64,000 nucleotides of DNA from an uncultured Clostridia bacterium (GCA_944376495.1 CALWCW010000068.1:14456-78455); one strand, 5' to 3'; numbered from the stretch's first letter, positions 20,480-30,987 are shown. Notes: a model not told the origin generated them from the letters alone. Translations and numbers: made by a program.

Positions 20480-21568
20480 ATGAAAACACTTTCCTTATGT
20501 ATGATTGTCAAAAATGAAGAAGAAAATTTAGACAATTGCCTTAAAAACGCAAAAGATTATGCTGATGATATTATCATAGTTGATACAGGTTCGACAGATA
20601 AAACAAAAAAAATAGCATTAAAATACACAAAAAATGTCTTTGATTTTGAGTGGCAAGATGATTTTTCTAAAGCAAGGAACTTTTCTTTTGACAAAGCAAA
20701 AACAGAATATGTGATGTGGCTAGACGGGGATGATATAATTTTAAATGATAGTGTTCAAAATATTATTAAATGGAAAAAACAAAATTCAAATGAAGATGTT
20801 TTGATGTGTCCATACGTCACTGGTTTTGATAGCGAATATAAACCTACATATTCATATAGTAGAGAACGAATTTTAAAAAATGTTCCATATTTAAGATGGC
20901 AAGACCCAATTCATGAAGTGATAACGCCAACAGGAAATGTAGTTTTTAAAGATGATATTTTAATATATCATAATAAAAAAAACAAGGAATATACTGATAG
21001 AAATTTAAAAATTTATCAAAAAATGCTTAAAAATGGTCAAAATTTGACTCCAAGACAGCAATTTTACTATGCAAGAGAACTTTATTTTAATAATAAAATT
21101 GATGACGCAATTCATGAATTATCAAAATTTATTTCAGAGCGAAAAGGGTGGGTTGAGAATAATATTGAAGCGTGTTTAAATTTATCAAGGTGTTATAAAT
21201 TAAAAGGAGAACTTGACAACGCGTTATCAGCATTATTTGGCTCTTTCATCTATTCAGTCCCACGTGGTGAAATTTTGTATGATATAGGAAACATATTTTT
21301 AGATAAAAATCAACTTGACAACGCAATTTTTTGGTTTAACCTTGCTTTGAATAGTAAATCTGATGTCCAAAGCGGTGCATTTGTCAACGAGGATTGTTAC
21401 AATTTCCTTCCAGCATTGCAATTGTGTCTTTGTTATTACAAAAAAAAGGATTTAAAGCAGTCGTACCACTATCATTTGGTAACTAAAGCACTGAAGCCAA
21501 ATGATAGTAGAGTTATATATAATGACAAATTTTTCAATGAAAATTTAAAGAAAAATGATAAAAAATAG
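20480..21568 (+). CDS. Family-2 glycosyltransferase with C-terminal TPR-like helical domain
   Basis: LSLCMIVKNEEENLDNCL...IIIVDTGSTDKT...DDFSKARNFS...WLDGDD is a GT-A/GT2 signature. The C-terminal half is helical-repeat-like (YYARELYF.., LNLSRCYKLKGELDNA, IFWFNLAL). AAGGAG RBS. Confidence 0.7.
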   Translation: MKTLSLCMIVKNEEENLDNCLKNAKDYADDIIIVDTGSTDKTKKIALKYTKNVFDFEWQDDFSKARNFSFDKAKTEYVMWLDGDDIILNDSVQNIIKWKKQNSNEDVLMCPYVTGFDSEYKPTYSYSRERILKNVPYLRWQDPIHEVITPTGNVVFKDDILIYHNKKNKEYTDRNLKIYQKMLKNGQNLTPRQQFYYARELYFNNKIDDAIHELSKFISERKGWVENNIEACLNLSRCYKLKGELDNALSALFGSFIYSVPRGEILYDIGNIFLDKNQLDNAIFWFNLALNSKSDVQSGAFVNEDCYNFLPALQLCLCYYKKKDLKQSYHYHLVTKALKPNDSRVIYNDKFFNENLKKNDKK

Positions 21569-21680
21569 AATTTTTTATAAAATTCATATTATTTTAAATA
21601 TAATTAATTAGGTTTTTTAATTTTATGTATCTTTTGAAAAAATAATTAATAGGATAAATTATTAAGACTTTATTCAATGA

Positions 21681-21706
21681 AAAAACTCCTTAAAAAAGGA
21701 GTTTTT
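21681..21706. terminator. Bidirectional terminator
   Basis: AAAAACTCCTT-aaaa-AAGGAGTTTTT. It overlaps the stop codon of the nucleoside hydrolase gene. Confidence 0.7.
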
Positions 21707-22634
21707 ATGCTTTTAACTTAAAATTATCAAATTCATGCAATTTTTTCATCATTAAATCTAAAAATTTTTCTCGTTCTATGCCAACAGTTAAAAGAATATT
21801 TCCATTTTCGTTTAAAGTAGCGACCGTTTTTCCTGGAGCATCGGTAGTGTTTACAGTTAAGTCAATTTTTTTAAAAGTAAAAAGTTCAGGATTGGTCAAA
21901 TAAAGATATGCACAAGTATCGTTAGTTGCAATTCTTTTATCTTTATAGCCTCTCTCCCAATAAGTTTGATACATTTCATATAGGAATTTACCTACATCGT
22001 TAGTATCACGGATTTGATAAACAAAATCTTCAGCCAAATAGGCTTTATTTCTTCCCATATCAGAAGGAACCATGACTAGCGGAATTTTGCTATCTAAAAC
22101 TATTTTAAAGGCTTCTGGGTCAGAGCGAATATTGAAAGAAACGTGTAAAGGGAATCCTGGCATTCCATAAGGAGCACCACCCATAAAAATAATTTTAGGA
22201 ATTTTCTTGATAATGTCAGGGTGGTCTATCAATAATTGTGCTATGTTTGTGTGAGGTCCAAAGACAAGCGGTATAATATCTCCATCTCCTTCATTCAAAA
22301 CACGATACATTGCCTCGACTGCATTTTCTTCTAGAATTTTATGTTTGACTTCTTGAGGTGGGACATATCCGCCCATGCCTTCTTTTGAGTGGACGTGTTC
22401 AGCCGTTGGACTAATCCTTTCTAAAGCCTTGTATGCTCCTTCAGCGACAGGGTAATCTACGTCAAATTTATCTAAAAGATGCAACAAATTTCTTGTGCAA
22501 GTTTTCACGCCGACATTTCCTGCGACTGTTGTAAATAGTTTTATATCAAGAGCCTTGTCAAAAAGTGCAAAGACTAAACAAGCACTATCATCAACTCCTG
22601 GGTCTGTATCTATTATCACTTTAATTTTTTTCAT
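21705..22634 (-). CDS. Inosine/uridine-preferring nucleoside hydrolase family protein
   Basis: 309 aa. The N-terminal IIDTDPGVDDSACLVFAL is the IUNH aspartate-cluster signature. Confidence 0.85.
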   Translation of the reverse strand: MKKIKVIIDTDPGVDDSACLVFALFDKALDIKLFTTVAGNVGVKTCTRNLLHLLDKFDVDYPVAEGAYKALERISPTAEHVHSKEGMGGYVPPQEVKHKILEENAVEAMYRVLNEGDGDIIPLVFGPHTNIAQLLIDHPDIIKKIPKIIFMGGAPYGMPGFPLHVSFNIRSDPEAFKIVLDSKIPLVMVPSDMGRNKAYLAEDFVYQIRDTNDVGKFLYEMYQTYWERGYKDKRIATNDTCAYLYLTNPELFTFKKIDLTVNTTDAPGKTVATLNENGNILLTVGIEREKFLDLMMKKLHEFDNFKLKA

Positions 22635-22942
22635 AATATTAGTATTCCTTTTAATATTGTCTAAAAAACATTATATTCAAAAATTAAAAAAATAACAAAC
22701 GATTTTGCTAAATTATTTGTAATTAATAATAAAATATGTTATAATAATAAAGATTTTAAATCGACGATTTTTATAATATTTAACTCAAATTAATTAAATT
22801 TGTATAAAATTAATAAAAAATTGTATTATTTTTTAAAAAATACTTAAAAAACAACAAAATTTTATTAAAAAATTATAAACTTAATAAATATTTGATTTTA
22901 ATGTGAAAATTATAAAAAAGTCGTTAAAAAAGAAAATCTAAT

Positions 22943-23033
22943 GGAGATGTATCGAAGTGGTCGTAACGAGACGCACTCGAAATGCGTTTGTCGGGAAACT
23001 GGCACGTGGGTTCGAGCCCCACCATCTCCGCCA
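22943..23033 (+). tRNA. tRNA-Ser (anticodon CGA), class II with long variable arm, CCA encoded
   Basis: Hand-folded. Acceptor GGAGATG/CATCTCC; anticodon stem ACGCA/TGCGT with loop CTCGAAA; variable arm TGTC..GGCA; T arm GTGGG-TTCGAGC-CCCAC; discriminator G plus CCA. Confidence 0.9.
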
Positions 23034-23082
23034 TATATATTAATCTAAATCCATATTTTAAGATGTTTAAGAGGTGTAATAT

Positions 23083-23388
23083 ATGATATTATATTATTGG
23101 ATGGAACATCCAGAAGAATATGAAAATGTGGAGGAAAATACAAATAATGTTTTAGGTTTAGAACCTAAAGAAATGGCTTCTAAAGAGGCTATACATGATT
23201 TATATCATTTTCTAGTTATACAACAAGATAATAATATAGCAAGTAACGCAGAAGAGTTATCTAAACGAATGATTGAAAAATTTGTTAACAGCAAATGTTA
23301 TCATTACAAAACAGAAGAAGAAAGAAAAGAAATAATAAAATATTTAGAAGACAATCCTAACCCAGAAAATCCATTTATAGACTATTAA
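23083..23388 (+). CDS. Hypothetical small acidic protein
   Basis: 101-aa ORF with an AAGAGGTG RBS. No family recognised. Confidence 0.5.
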   Translation: MILYYWMEHPEEYENVEENTNNVLGLEPKEMASKEAIHDLYHFLVIQQDNNIASNAEELSKRMIEKFVNSKCYHYKTEEERKEIIKYLEDNPNPENPFIDY

Positions 23389-23621
23389 AAATTACACAAT
23401 AGAATACATAACTCTCAAAGAATTATTCTAATTCTATGGTAATATTAAAATTTATTTATTTAATCACATTTTTAGTCACAAAAATGAAAACGATTAAAAA
23501 AAATAATAAATTTTTTTTAAAAATTTATTCTAAATCTACTTGTTTAATATAAACATTATTAATTAATTTTGTTTGGGAAAATATAGTTTTATGTTATAAT
23601 AATGAACAAGTAGGTGATAAA

Positions 23622-24134
23622 ATGAATCTTATCGTTGCGGTTACAAAAAACAATGCAATTGGAAAAAATAATAAATTATTGTTTCATTTACCATCTGATT
23701 TAAAATATTTTAAATCAAAAACGATAAACAATGTAATAATTATGGGGAAAACTACTTATCTTTCATTACCAAAATGCCCACTTCCTAATCGAACAACTAT
23801 TGTAATGAGTAAAGATATGTTATTTAATCCTCCTAATACAATCGTTGTAAGAAATTTAAAAGAGTTGTTTAAAATCCTTAATAATTATGATGATGATAGT
23901 ATTTATGTTTGTGGTGGTGCAAGTATATATAATTTACTTATGGACTATTGTAAAGTTGCTTATGTAACGGTTGTTGATGAAATCATATCCGCTGATACAT
24001 ATATTAGAGATATTGAAAAGTCAGGATTTAGGCTGGAAAGTTCTAGTGACCCTTTTTTAGAGAATGGGCACATTTTTAGATTTAAGACTTTTGTAAACAA
24101 TAATCCTAAAAAGTTTCAAAATATAGAAATATAA
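23622..24134 (+). CDS. folA: Dihydrofolate reductase
   Basis: 170 aa. MNLIVAVTKNNAIGKNNKLLFHLPSDLKYFKSKT..VIIMGKTTYLSLP..PLPNRTTIVMS matches the DHFR pattern. Confidence 0.85.
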   Translation: MNLIVAVTKNNAIGKNNKLLFHLPSDLKYFKSKTINNVIIMGKTTYLSLPKCPLPNRTTIVMSKDMLFNPPNTIVVRNLKELFKILNNYDDDSIYVCGGASIYNLLMDYCKVAYVTVVDEIISADTYIRDIEKSGFRLESSSDPFLENGHIFRFKTFVNNNPKKFQNIEI

Positions 24135-24327
24135 GAAAAATTTACATTTTAGTAAAGTTAAATGTTAAAATAAAATGTAAAAACAGTTGGCAATTTTCAA
24201 TATTCATCTATAAAAATAAAAATTTGACGTAATAAATACTCAAATTTTGAATGCTTTTATTTAATTTGAAGATTATCTTGAACTTAAATAGTTCATTCTT
24301 AAATATTTTTTTGATAAGGAGGTAAAA

Positions 24328-24999
24328 ATGGAAAGAATTTTAAGAATTACAGGAAAGGGTGAAGGGGCTTGTCCGCCAGACACAATTATTGTCACTCTCA
24401 CTACTTCGGGAGAGGATAAAAATTATGATAAGGCAATGCAATTGGCAGATAAGGCTACTTTAAATTTAAAGGAAAAACTAGTCAAAGAAGGGGGAATTGA
24501 AGAAAAGAAAATTATTACTACAGATTTTAGGGTTAGAGCAGTAAACAAGTATGTAAAAAAGATGACAGAAAACAAATATGTATTTGATAGATATGAAGTC
24601 TGTCACGACCTTACTATAAAGTTTGAGTTTAATACAAAGAAACTTGCAAAATGTGTTGACGTAATAGTTGACAGTATGTCAGAACCAGTTTTTAATATTG
24701 ATTTTACTGTTGAAAATACTGAAGAAATGAAAAAACAAGCATTAACTATGGCAGTCAATGATGCCAAATCAAAGGCTGAATTGTTAGCAGAGAGTGCTGG
24801 AGTAAAACTTGGAGATATAGTAAGTATTGACCATTCTTTTAGCGAAATCAATATTTACAGACCTCAAAGAATGCGTATGGATTATGCTTATGAAGGAGCA
24901 ATAATGTCAAAGGCATCGGCAAGTGCAAGTATGGAAAGCATTAATGTCCAAGATATAAAGGTTAATGCAAATGTTACAATTCAATGGGAAATAGAATAA
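24328..24999 (+). CDS. SIMPL (DUF541) domain protein
   Basis: 223 aa. ITGKGEGACPPDTIIVTLT..., then ..AVNDAKSKAELLAESAGVKLGDIVSI resembles the SIMPL family pattern. No signal peptide. Confidence 0.55.
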   Translation: MERILRITGKGEGACPPDTIIVTLTTSGEDKNYDKAMQLADKATLNLKEKLVKEGGIEEKKIITTDFRVRAVNKYVKKMTENKYVFDRYEVCHDLTIKFEFNTKKLAKCVDVIVDSMSEPVFNIDFTVENTEEMKKQALTMAVNDAKSKAELLAESAGVKLGDIVSIDHSFSEINIYRPQRMRMDYAYEGAIMSKASASASMESINVQDIKVNANVTIQWEIE

Positions 25000-25316
25000 A
25001 TTTCAGTTAAAATAAGAAAATTAGTAAAATATAGTTGTTTTTTAACAAAAAAGTGCAAAATCTTAATAAAATCAAACAATAAAGAAAAAATCCAGTGTTT
25101 ATTCATTGGATTTTTTATCATTTTCAAGAAAATATTAAAGATAAAATTAAATTTCAAACTATTAAACAACTATTGAGATGTTCTTATCAAAGTGTTTTAT
25201 TAACTCATGATTTTCACAATTTTTTAATTAATTTTATACAATATACATATTTTTAATGTTTTAATTGACATTTTTAAATGATATGAATTATAATTTTATG
25301 ATAAAAAGGAGGTAAA

Positions 25317-25847
25317 ATGATAGGATTAAACAAAGACGAAGTTCAAATTTCCCCATATGATGAAACATGGAAAGAGGAGTTTGAAAAAGAAAAGCGAATT
25401 TTACAAAATGCACTAAAAAATTATGATGTTGTTATTGAGCATGTTGGAAGCACGGCTTTACCGGGCTTAAGTGCAAAACCAATAATTGATATTGCTATAG
25501 GAACTAAAAACAAAGAAACGCTGTTTGAACTTGAAAAAGTTATGATAGATAATGGTTATGATGTTTTAAATGAATATGAAAAGAAGGGCGAAATTTTAGC
25601 ACGTAAAGGTCCGCCAGAGAAACGCACTCATTATATACATATGCAAATAATCGGAAGTGAATATTGGAATGAATTTATGTATTTCAAAAAATATATGCTT
25701 GAGCATCCAGAAGAAATAAAAAAATATGAACAATTAAAGAATACATTATCAAAGCAATACAAAAATGATAGAAAAAAATATACAAAAGGAAAGAATGAAT
25801 ATATTTCAGGGATATTAGAAAAGGCATATAGACTTTATAAAAAATAA
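25317..25847 (+). CDS. GrpB (UPF0157) family protein
   Basis: 176 aa. IEHVGSTALPGLSAKPIIDIAIG is the GrpB signature. Confidence 0.8.
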   Translation: MIGLNKDEVQISPYDETWKEEFEKEKRILQNALKNYDVVIEHVGSTALPGLSAKPIIDIAIGTKNKETLFELEKVMIDNGYDVLNEYEKKGEILARKGPPEKRTHYIHMQIIGSEYWNEFMYFKKYMLEHPEEIKKYEQLKNTLSKQYKNDRKKYTKGKNEYISGILEKAYRLYKK

Positions 25848-25901
25848 CATTATAAATCAAAAATTTAAAATCTATTTTAAATGGTAAAAGGTGGAAAGTA
25901 A

Positions 25902-26519
25902 ATGAAGAAAAAGGAAGTTTTAAAATATTCAAATTTTAGAAAGAATTTTAGATTTGATTATAAACCATTAGAAATTAAAGAATATTGTATTTATTTTAAT
26001 GGAGAACTTGTCGAAGATGAAAATAAAAAATATTCAGAGGGGAAAACTTTTTTAAATATTGGTTATAATTTTAAAAACAGTTGTGCCCGTGTATTATCAA
26101 ATCTTTATCCTTTGAAATTCAAGTTTAGAGGAAAGTGGGTTGCAAGCATTGAGGGCATTTTGCAAGGAATAAAATATAAAGATAAAAAAATGCAAAATTT
26201 AGTCTTAAAATATTCGGGGCTTGATGCTTATCACACTAGAGCGGCAAACACGTCAGATTTTTGGGGAAAAGAAGGTTTGCTATATTGGCAGGGCAAGGCA
26301 ATAAAAAGAGATAGTGAAGATTATCAAATATTTCTAGACGAACTTTATCTTTCTGCTTTAAAAAATCCTCTTTATAAGAAATTTTTACTTGAAACGGGCG
26401 AAAAATACCTTTTGCACCATATTGGACATGAAAATATTAATGAAACAGTTTTAACTCGCTTTGAATATGAGCAGAGGCTTAATAGTTTAAGAAGTTATAT
26501 AAAAATGGCAAGGAAATAA
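25902..26519 (+). CDS. Hypothetical protein, possibly NADAR (DUF1768/YbiA-like) domain
   Basis: 205 aa. VLSNLYPLKFKFRGKWVASIEGILQGIKY ... LKNPLYKKFLLETGEKYLLH loosely fits the NADAR pattern (SNFYP..F...G..Y.S.EH..Q..K ... LL.TG...L.E). The ORF is likely real; the function call is weak. Confidence 0.45.
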   Translation: MKKKEVLKYSNFRKNFRFDYKPLEIKEYCIYFNGELVEDENKKYSEGKTFLNIGYNFKNSCARVLSNLYPLKFKFRGKWVASIEGILQGIKYKDKKMQNLVLKYSGLDAYHTRAANTSDFWGKEGLLYWQGKAIKRDSEDYQIFLDELYLSALKNPLYKKFLLETGEKYLLHHIGHENINETVLTRFEYEQRLNSLRSYIKMARK

Positions 26520-26561
26520 TAAAATAATAAAAAAATTATAAATAAATTTGTTAAAATGATA

Positions 26562-26577
26562 TTTTTTTTTTTTTTTT
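26562..26577. repeat. T16 homopolymer in a convergent intergenic region
   Basis: Read directly as gataTTTTTTTTTTTTTTTTaaaaag. Confidence 0.9.
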
Positions 26578-26636
26578 AAAAAGTTAAAATTAGGTCAAAA
26601 GCATATAAATGTTAAATAATTTATTTAGATTAAAAT

Positions 26637-26686
26637 AAAAAAACTTCTATAAAATAGTGATTTTCACAAATTATAGAAGTTTTTTC
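26637..26686. terminator. Bidirectional terminator
   Basis: AAAACTTCTATAA...TTATAGAAGTTTT is a 13-bp stem flanked by A/T runs. Confidence 0.65.
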
Positions 26687-26744
26687 ACGTAAGAGAATTA
26701 TTAATAAAATAAGTTATTTCTATTAATAGTTTATCTTAAATAAA

Positions 26745-28028
<1,284 letters not shown>

Positions 28029-28045
28029 TTATAAATTGATGTATA

Positions 28046-28555
28046 ATGGAATTAATGATAAGTATAGAGAAATTCAATTTTGTTAAAAAACGTTTGGAAG
28101 ATGCACAAAAGTTGTGTGCAGAATGTATGCGAGCGCTCAATTTGGCTAAAGAATATTATATTCAAAATGGATATGAATTTAAAATATCTTTGGATTTCGG
28201 TAAAATTATTTATGATTACAAAAAAGAGGCTTTGGACAAGGCTGACAAAGTAAAAGCCGCTTTAAAAGAAAAACTTTTGCATAACCAAAGTGAAAATAAT
28301 ATAAAAAGGTCAATAAATATTCTTCAAACATTGAAGGTCGGAAATAACCAAATGTTTGTTGAGGATTTAGAAAAAATAGTTGATATGGCTCAAAAACAAG
28401 ATTATATACAAAAATTCGGAAGCAAACTTGTGCTTGATTATTATTTAAATTTTGTTGTTGACCAACTTAATTCAAGTAAACTTGATGTAACTTTATATGA
28501 TTTATTATATAATCTTTGCTTAAATTATGTTCAAGATAACGATAAAGAATTATAA
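28046..28555 (+). CDS. Hypothetical helical protein
   Basis: 169-aa ORF. No family recognised. Its 3' end overlaps the convergent gene by 25 nt. Confidence 0.55.
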   Translation: MELMISIEKFNFVKKRLEDAQKLCAECMRALNLAKEYYIQNGYEFKISLDFGKIIYDYKKEALDKADKVKAALKEKLLHNQSENNIKRSINILQTLKVGNNQMFVEDLEKIVDMAQKQDYIQKFGSKLVLDYYLNFVVDQLNSSKLDVTLYDLLYNLCLNYVQDNDKEL

Positions 28556-28959
28556 TTATCTTGTAAATTATTTTTGATTAAAGATGTTGTCCTATTATAT
28601 TCGGGAATATTTATGGCTTTTTCAAGTTCACTTGTTAAAGCAATTGCTCTTGGATAAAGGTTTTTGAGTTCATTATTGTCACTATTCTCTGGAAGTTCAA
28701 GGGGAGAGGTAAAAAGATTGTAATAAAGGTTTGAAATCATCAGTTCGGTTTCATCAAGTCTGGTCATCTGTGCTTCATCAGTGGTCAGTTCTTTTATTTT
28801 AACAATAAGTTCATATAAAGATTGAATGTTGTTCTTAATTTCTGGAAGCAGTGTATTTTCGGCTTGAACAAGAATTTTATTATTAAATATGCCTCCTCGA
28901 TAATTTGAAAGTTCGTATCTTTCTGTCAAATAGTTATAATTACAAAAAAACTTGCGCAT
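28531..28959 (-). CDS. Hypothetical protein
   Basis: 142 aa from ATG 28959 (AAGGAG RBS; MRKFFCNYNYLTERYE..). No family recognised. Confidence 0.6.
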   Translation of the reverse strand: MRKFFCNYNYLTERYELSNYRGGIFNNKILVQAENTLLPEIKNNIQSLYELIVKIKELTTDEAQMTRLDETELMISNLYYNLFTSPLELPENSDNNELKNLYPRAIALTSELEKAINIPEYNRTTSLIKNNLQDNYNSLSLS

Positions 28960-28997
28960 AGAAATCTCCTTACACAAGTTTTATATGATATTAATAA

Positions 28998-29345
28998 TTA
29001 AATGGTTAATTTGAAATTCATAAGTCCGATAGATGAATCAACAACTTCTTCTGGGAATGCTGCGTGAAGTATCATAGGTAAAAGCAAATTTACAAATAAA
29101 ACTAAAACCAAAAGGACAGCAATACCGATTATTGTATTTTTTAATCTTGATAGTGCTGTTTTTCTTTTATCTTCTGACTCACTTTTTGCAAGATTGACTC
29201 CAAGAACAATCGCATAAACTGTTCCCGCACCACCAACAACGGCTAAAACTGCATAAAGAATTGTTGGCAATGTGGCATAAACATCATTAAGCCATGCTAA
29301 ATTTCCTAAATAAGTATAGTTTAATAGAGAAGTTAAGATTTGCAT
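28998..29345 (-). CDS. Small two-TM membrane protein, paralogue of 29503..29853 (VirB2/T4SS-pilin-like topology)
   Basis: 115 aa with an AAGGAG RBS. TM1 (ILYAVLAVVGGAGTVYAIVLGV), charged loop (NLAKSESEDKRKTALSRLKN), TM2 (TIIGIAVLLVLVLFVNLLLPMIL). Confidence 0.6.
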   Translation of the reverse strand: MQILTSLLNYTYLGNLAWLNDVYATLPTILYAVLAVVGGAGTVYAIVLGVNLAKSESEDKRKTALSRLKNTIIGIAVLLVLVLFVNLLLPMILHAAFPEEVVDSSIGLMNFKLTI

Positions 29346-29394
29346 AATATCTCCTTATTTTTTATTATTTTATCACATTTTACTTAAATATGCA

Positions 29395-29425
29395 AATAAA
29401 AAATACTGCTTTTAAGCAGTATTTT
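29395..29425 (-). terminator. Terminator between the two paralogues
   Basis: AAATACTGCTT-tt-AAGCAGTATTT hairpin followed by a T run on the minus strand. Confidence 0.65.
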
Positions 29426-29502
29426 AAAATTATCTATGTTGGTATTAATAATTAAAGTAAGAAATTTTTGTCTTTTAAAAGAAAGCGTCTTTTGACTATT
29501 TT

Positions 29503-29853
29503 CTATTCTTGACCACCTACGGTCGTGCCTTGGAATGCTTGTAAAATAGCAGGCAACAAATATAAGAAGAATATTACTAATACAAGGGTAACAACAATGG
29601 CTATGATAACTGTGATTAAGTGTTTCTTTGCCTCTTCACGTTTACTTTGGTCTTCTGCTCTTGCAAGTTGAATACCAAGATAAACAGCATAAACAACTGC
29701 GGCAAGTCCTACAATACCAATAATAATCCAAAGTATAGTTTGAACAGTGTTAAAAACTTGATTCGCTGCATCTTTTGCGTCTTGATTATCACCAAAAATT
29801 GTGTCAAAGTACCCACCCCAGTTAAAAACCACATTGAGTAAAGATGTTAACAT
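29503..29853 (-). CDS. Small two-TM membrane protein, paralogue of 28998..29345
   Basis: 116 aa with an AGGAGGAAAA RBS. TM1 (ILWIIIGIVGLAAVVYAVYLGI), charged loop (QLARAEDQSKREEAKKH), TM2 (LITVIIAIVVTLVLVIFFLYLLPAIL). Confidence 0.6.
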   Translation of the reverse strand: MLTSLLNVVFNWGGYFDTIFGDNQDAKDAANQVFNTVQTILWIIIGIVGLAAVVYAVYLGIQLARAEDQSKREEAKKHLITVIIAIVVTLVLVIFFLYLLPAILQAFQGTTVGGQE

Positions 29854-30091
29854 TTTTCCTCCTTTAATAATTAATAATTGCTCGACTTTTGTTTTACAAA
29901 TCTATAATATCATAAAAAAAATATATTACCAAACGATTTTTTAATTTTTTTTAAAAAATCTAATAATATTTTTTTCAAATTTATAAAATTTATTTATGAA
30001 TATAATATTTTTTTTAATTTTTTAATTAAAAAACAAAAAAAGTATCTTTTATAATAATATTAAAAGATGTTTTTTGTTACATATGTTCAAA

Positions 30092-30289
30092 TTAGAAGAA
30101 GTTATTAAAATTTCCAAAATTACCCGGGCAAGTATTTTGTGTGCAACAATTAAAGCCATTATTGAAGTTGTTATTATTAAGTGCAAGAAGCAAAAGAAGT
30201 AAAAAATTTGTGTTTGTGTTAAGATTAGTATCTGTTGCATTTGTAATAACTGACAGAAGAAGTGCAAATAAAATACTTTGATTGTTCAT
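30092..30289 (-). CDS. 65-aa Asn-rich peptide with two hydrophobic segments and a Cys-containing tail
   Basis: MNNQSILFALLLSVITNATDTNLNTNTNFLLLLLLALNNNNFNNGFNCCTQNTCPGNFGNFNNFF. A consensus AGGAGG lies 5 nt before the ATG. A hairpin plus T run follows the stop (about 30040-30085, minus strand). Confidence 0.55.
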   Translation of the reverse strand: MNNQSILFALLLSVITNATDTNLNTNTNFLLLLLLALNNNNFNNGFNCCTQNTCPGNFGNFNNFF

Positions 30290-30442
30290 GATGACCTCCT
30301 ACTTTCAAAATTCTTTTATCTATGACAAAATATAACAAATTATTATTTTGACTTTTTCTTCTGTAAATGTAACATATAATTGTGATACAAAAATATTTAT
30401 GAAATAAAATAAAAAAATGTTCACAAGCAAAAGGAGAAAATT

Positions 30443-30778
30443 ATGCAAAATAAATTTTTATTATTATCAGAGCGAAATAAAAGAGATATTTTATCGGCAT
30501 TACCACAGGAGAGTCAAATTTCGAAACTTGCTGAATATTTTCAAAATTTTTCAGATTCAACAAGAATAAAAATATTAACTTGTCTTTCAATGATGAACAT
30601 GTGTGTCAATGATATATCAACAGTTCTTGGTATCAATCAAACAACTATTTCTCACCAACTTAAGCAACTCAAAGCACAAAATATTGTTTCATATAAGCGA
30701 GATGGGAAAATTTTGGTTTATTATCTAACAAATAATAATGTCAATGATATGATGATGTATGCTGTCAATGTTATTTAA
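30443..30778 (+). CDS. ArsR/SmtB-family transcriptional regulator
   Basis: 111 aa. FQNFSDSTRIKILTCLSMMNMCVNDISTVLGINQTTISHQLKQLKAQNIVSYKRDGK is the ArsR wHTH signature. AAGGAG RBS. Confidence 0.8.
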   Translation: MQNKFLLLSERNKRDILSALPQESQISKLAEYFQNFSDSTRIKILTCLSMMNMCVNDISTVLGINQTTISHQLKQLKAQNIVSYKRDGKILVYYLTNNNVNDMMMYAVNVI

Positions 30779-30987
30779 TATAATTCGATAATATTCAACT
30801 TATAAATAAAAATATTCTGAATGAATAATTAATTAATTTTTGTTTTGATAACTATAAAACATAAAAACAGCCATTTAGAAAAACAAATTTCCGTCTATAG
30901 ACTTTTTCTGCCTTGCTAGTTTATCTTTACCTTAACTTTTATTTGAATATCATTTGAATAAATTAATTTTATTGATTATTAAAAACG

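Noticed and set aside
26562-26577. T16 tract as a phase-variation switch
   Set aside because: It lies between two convergent 3' ends, not in a promoter or coding region. T and A runs are common in this genome. It is listed as a repeat but given no regulatory role.
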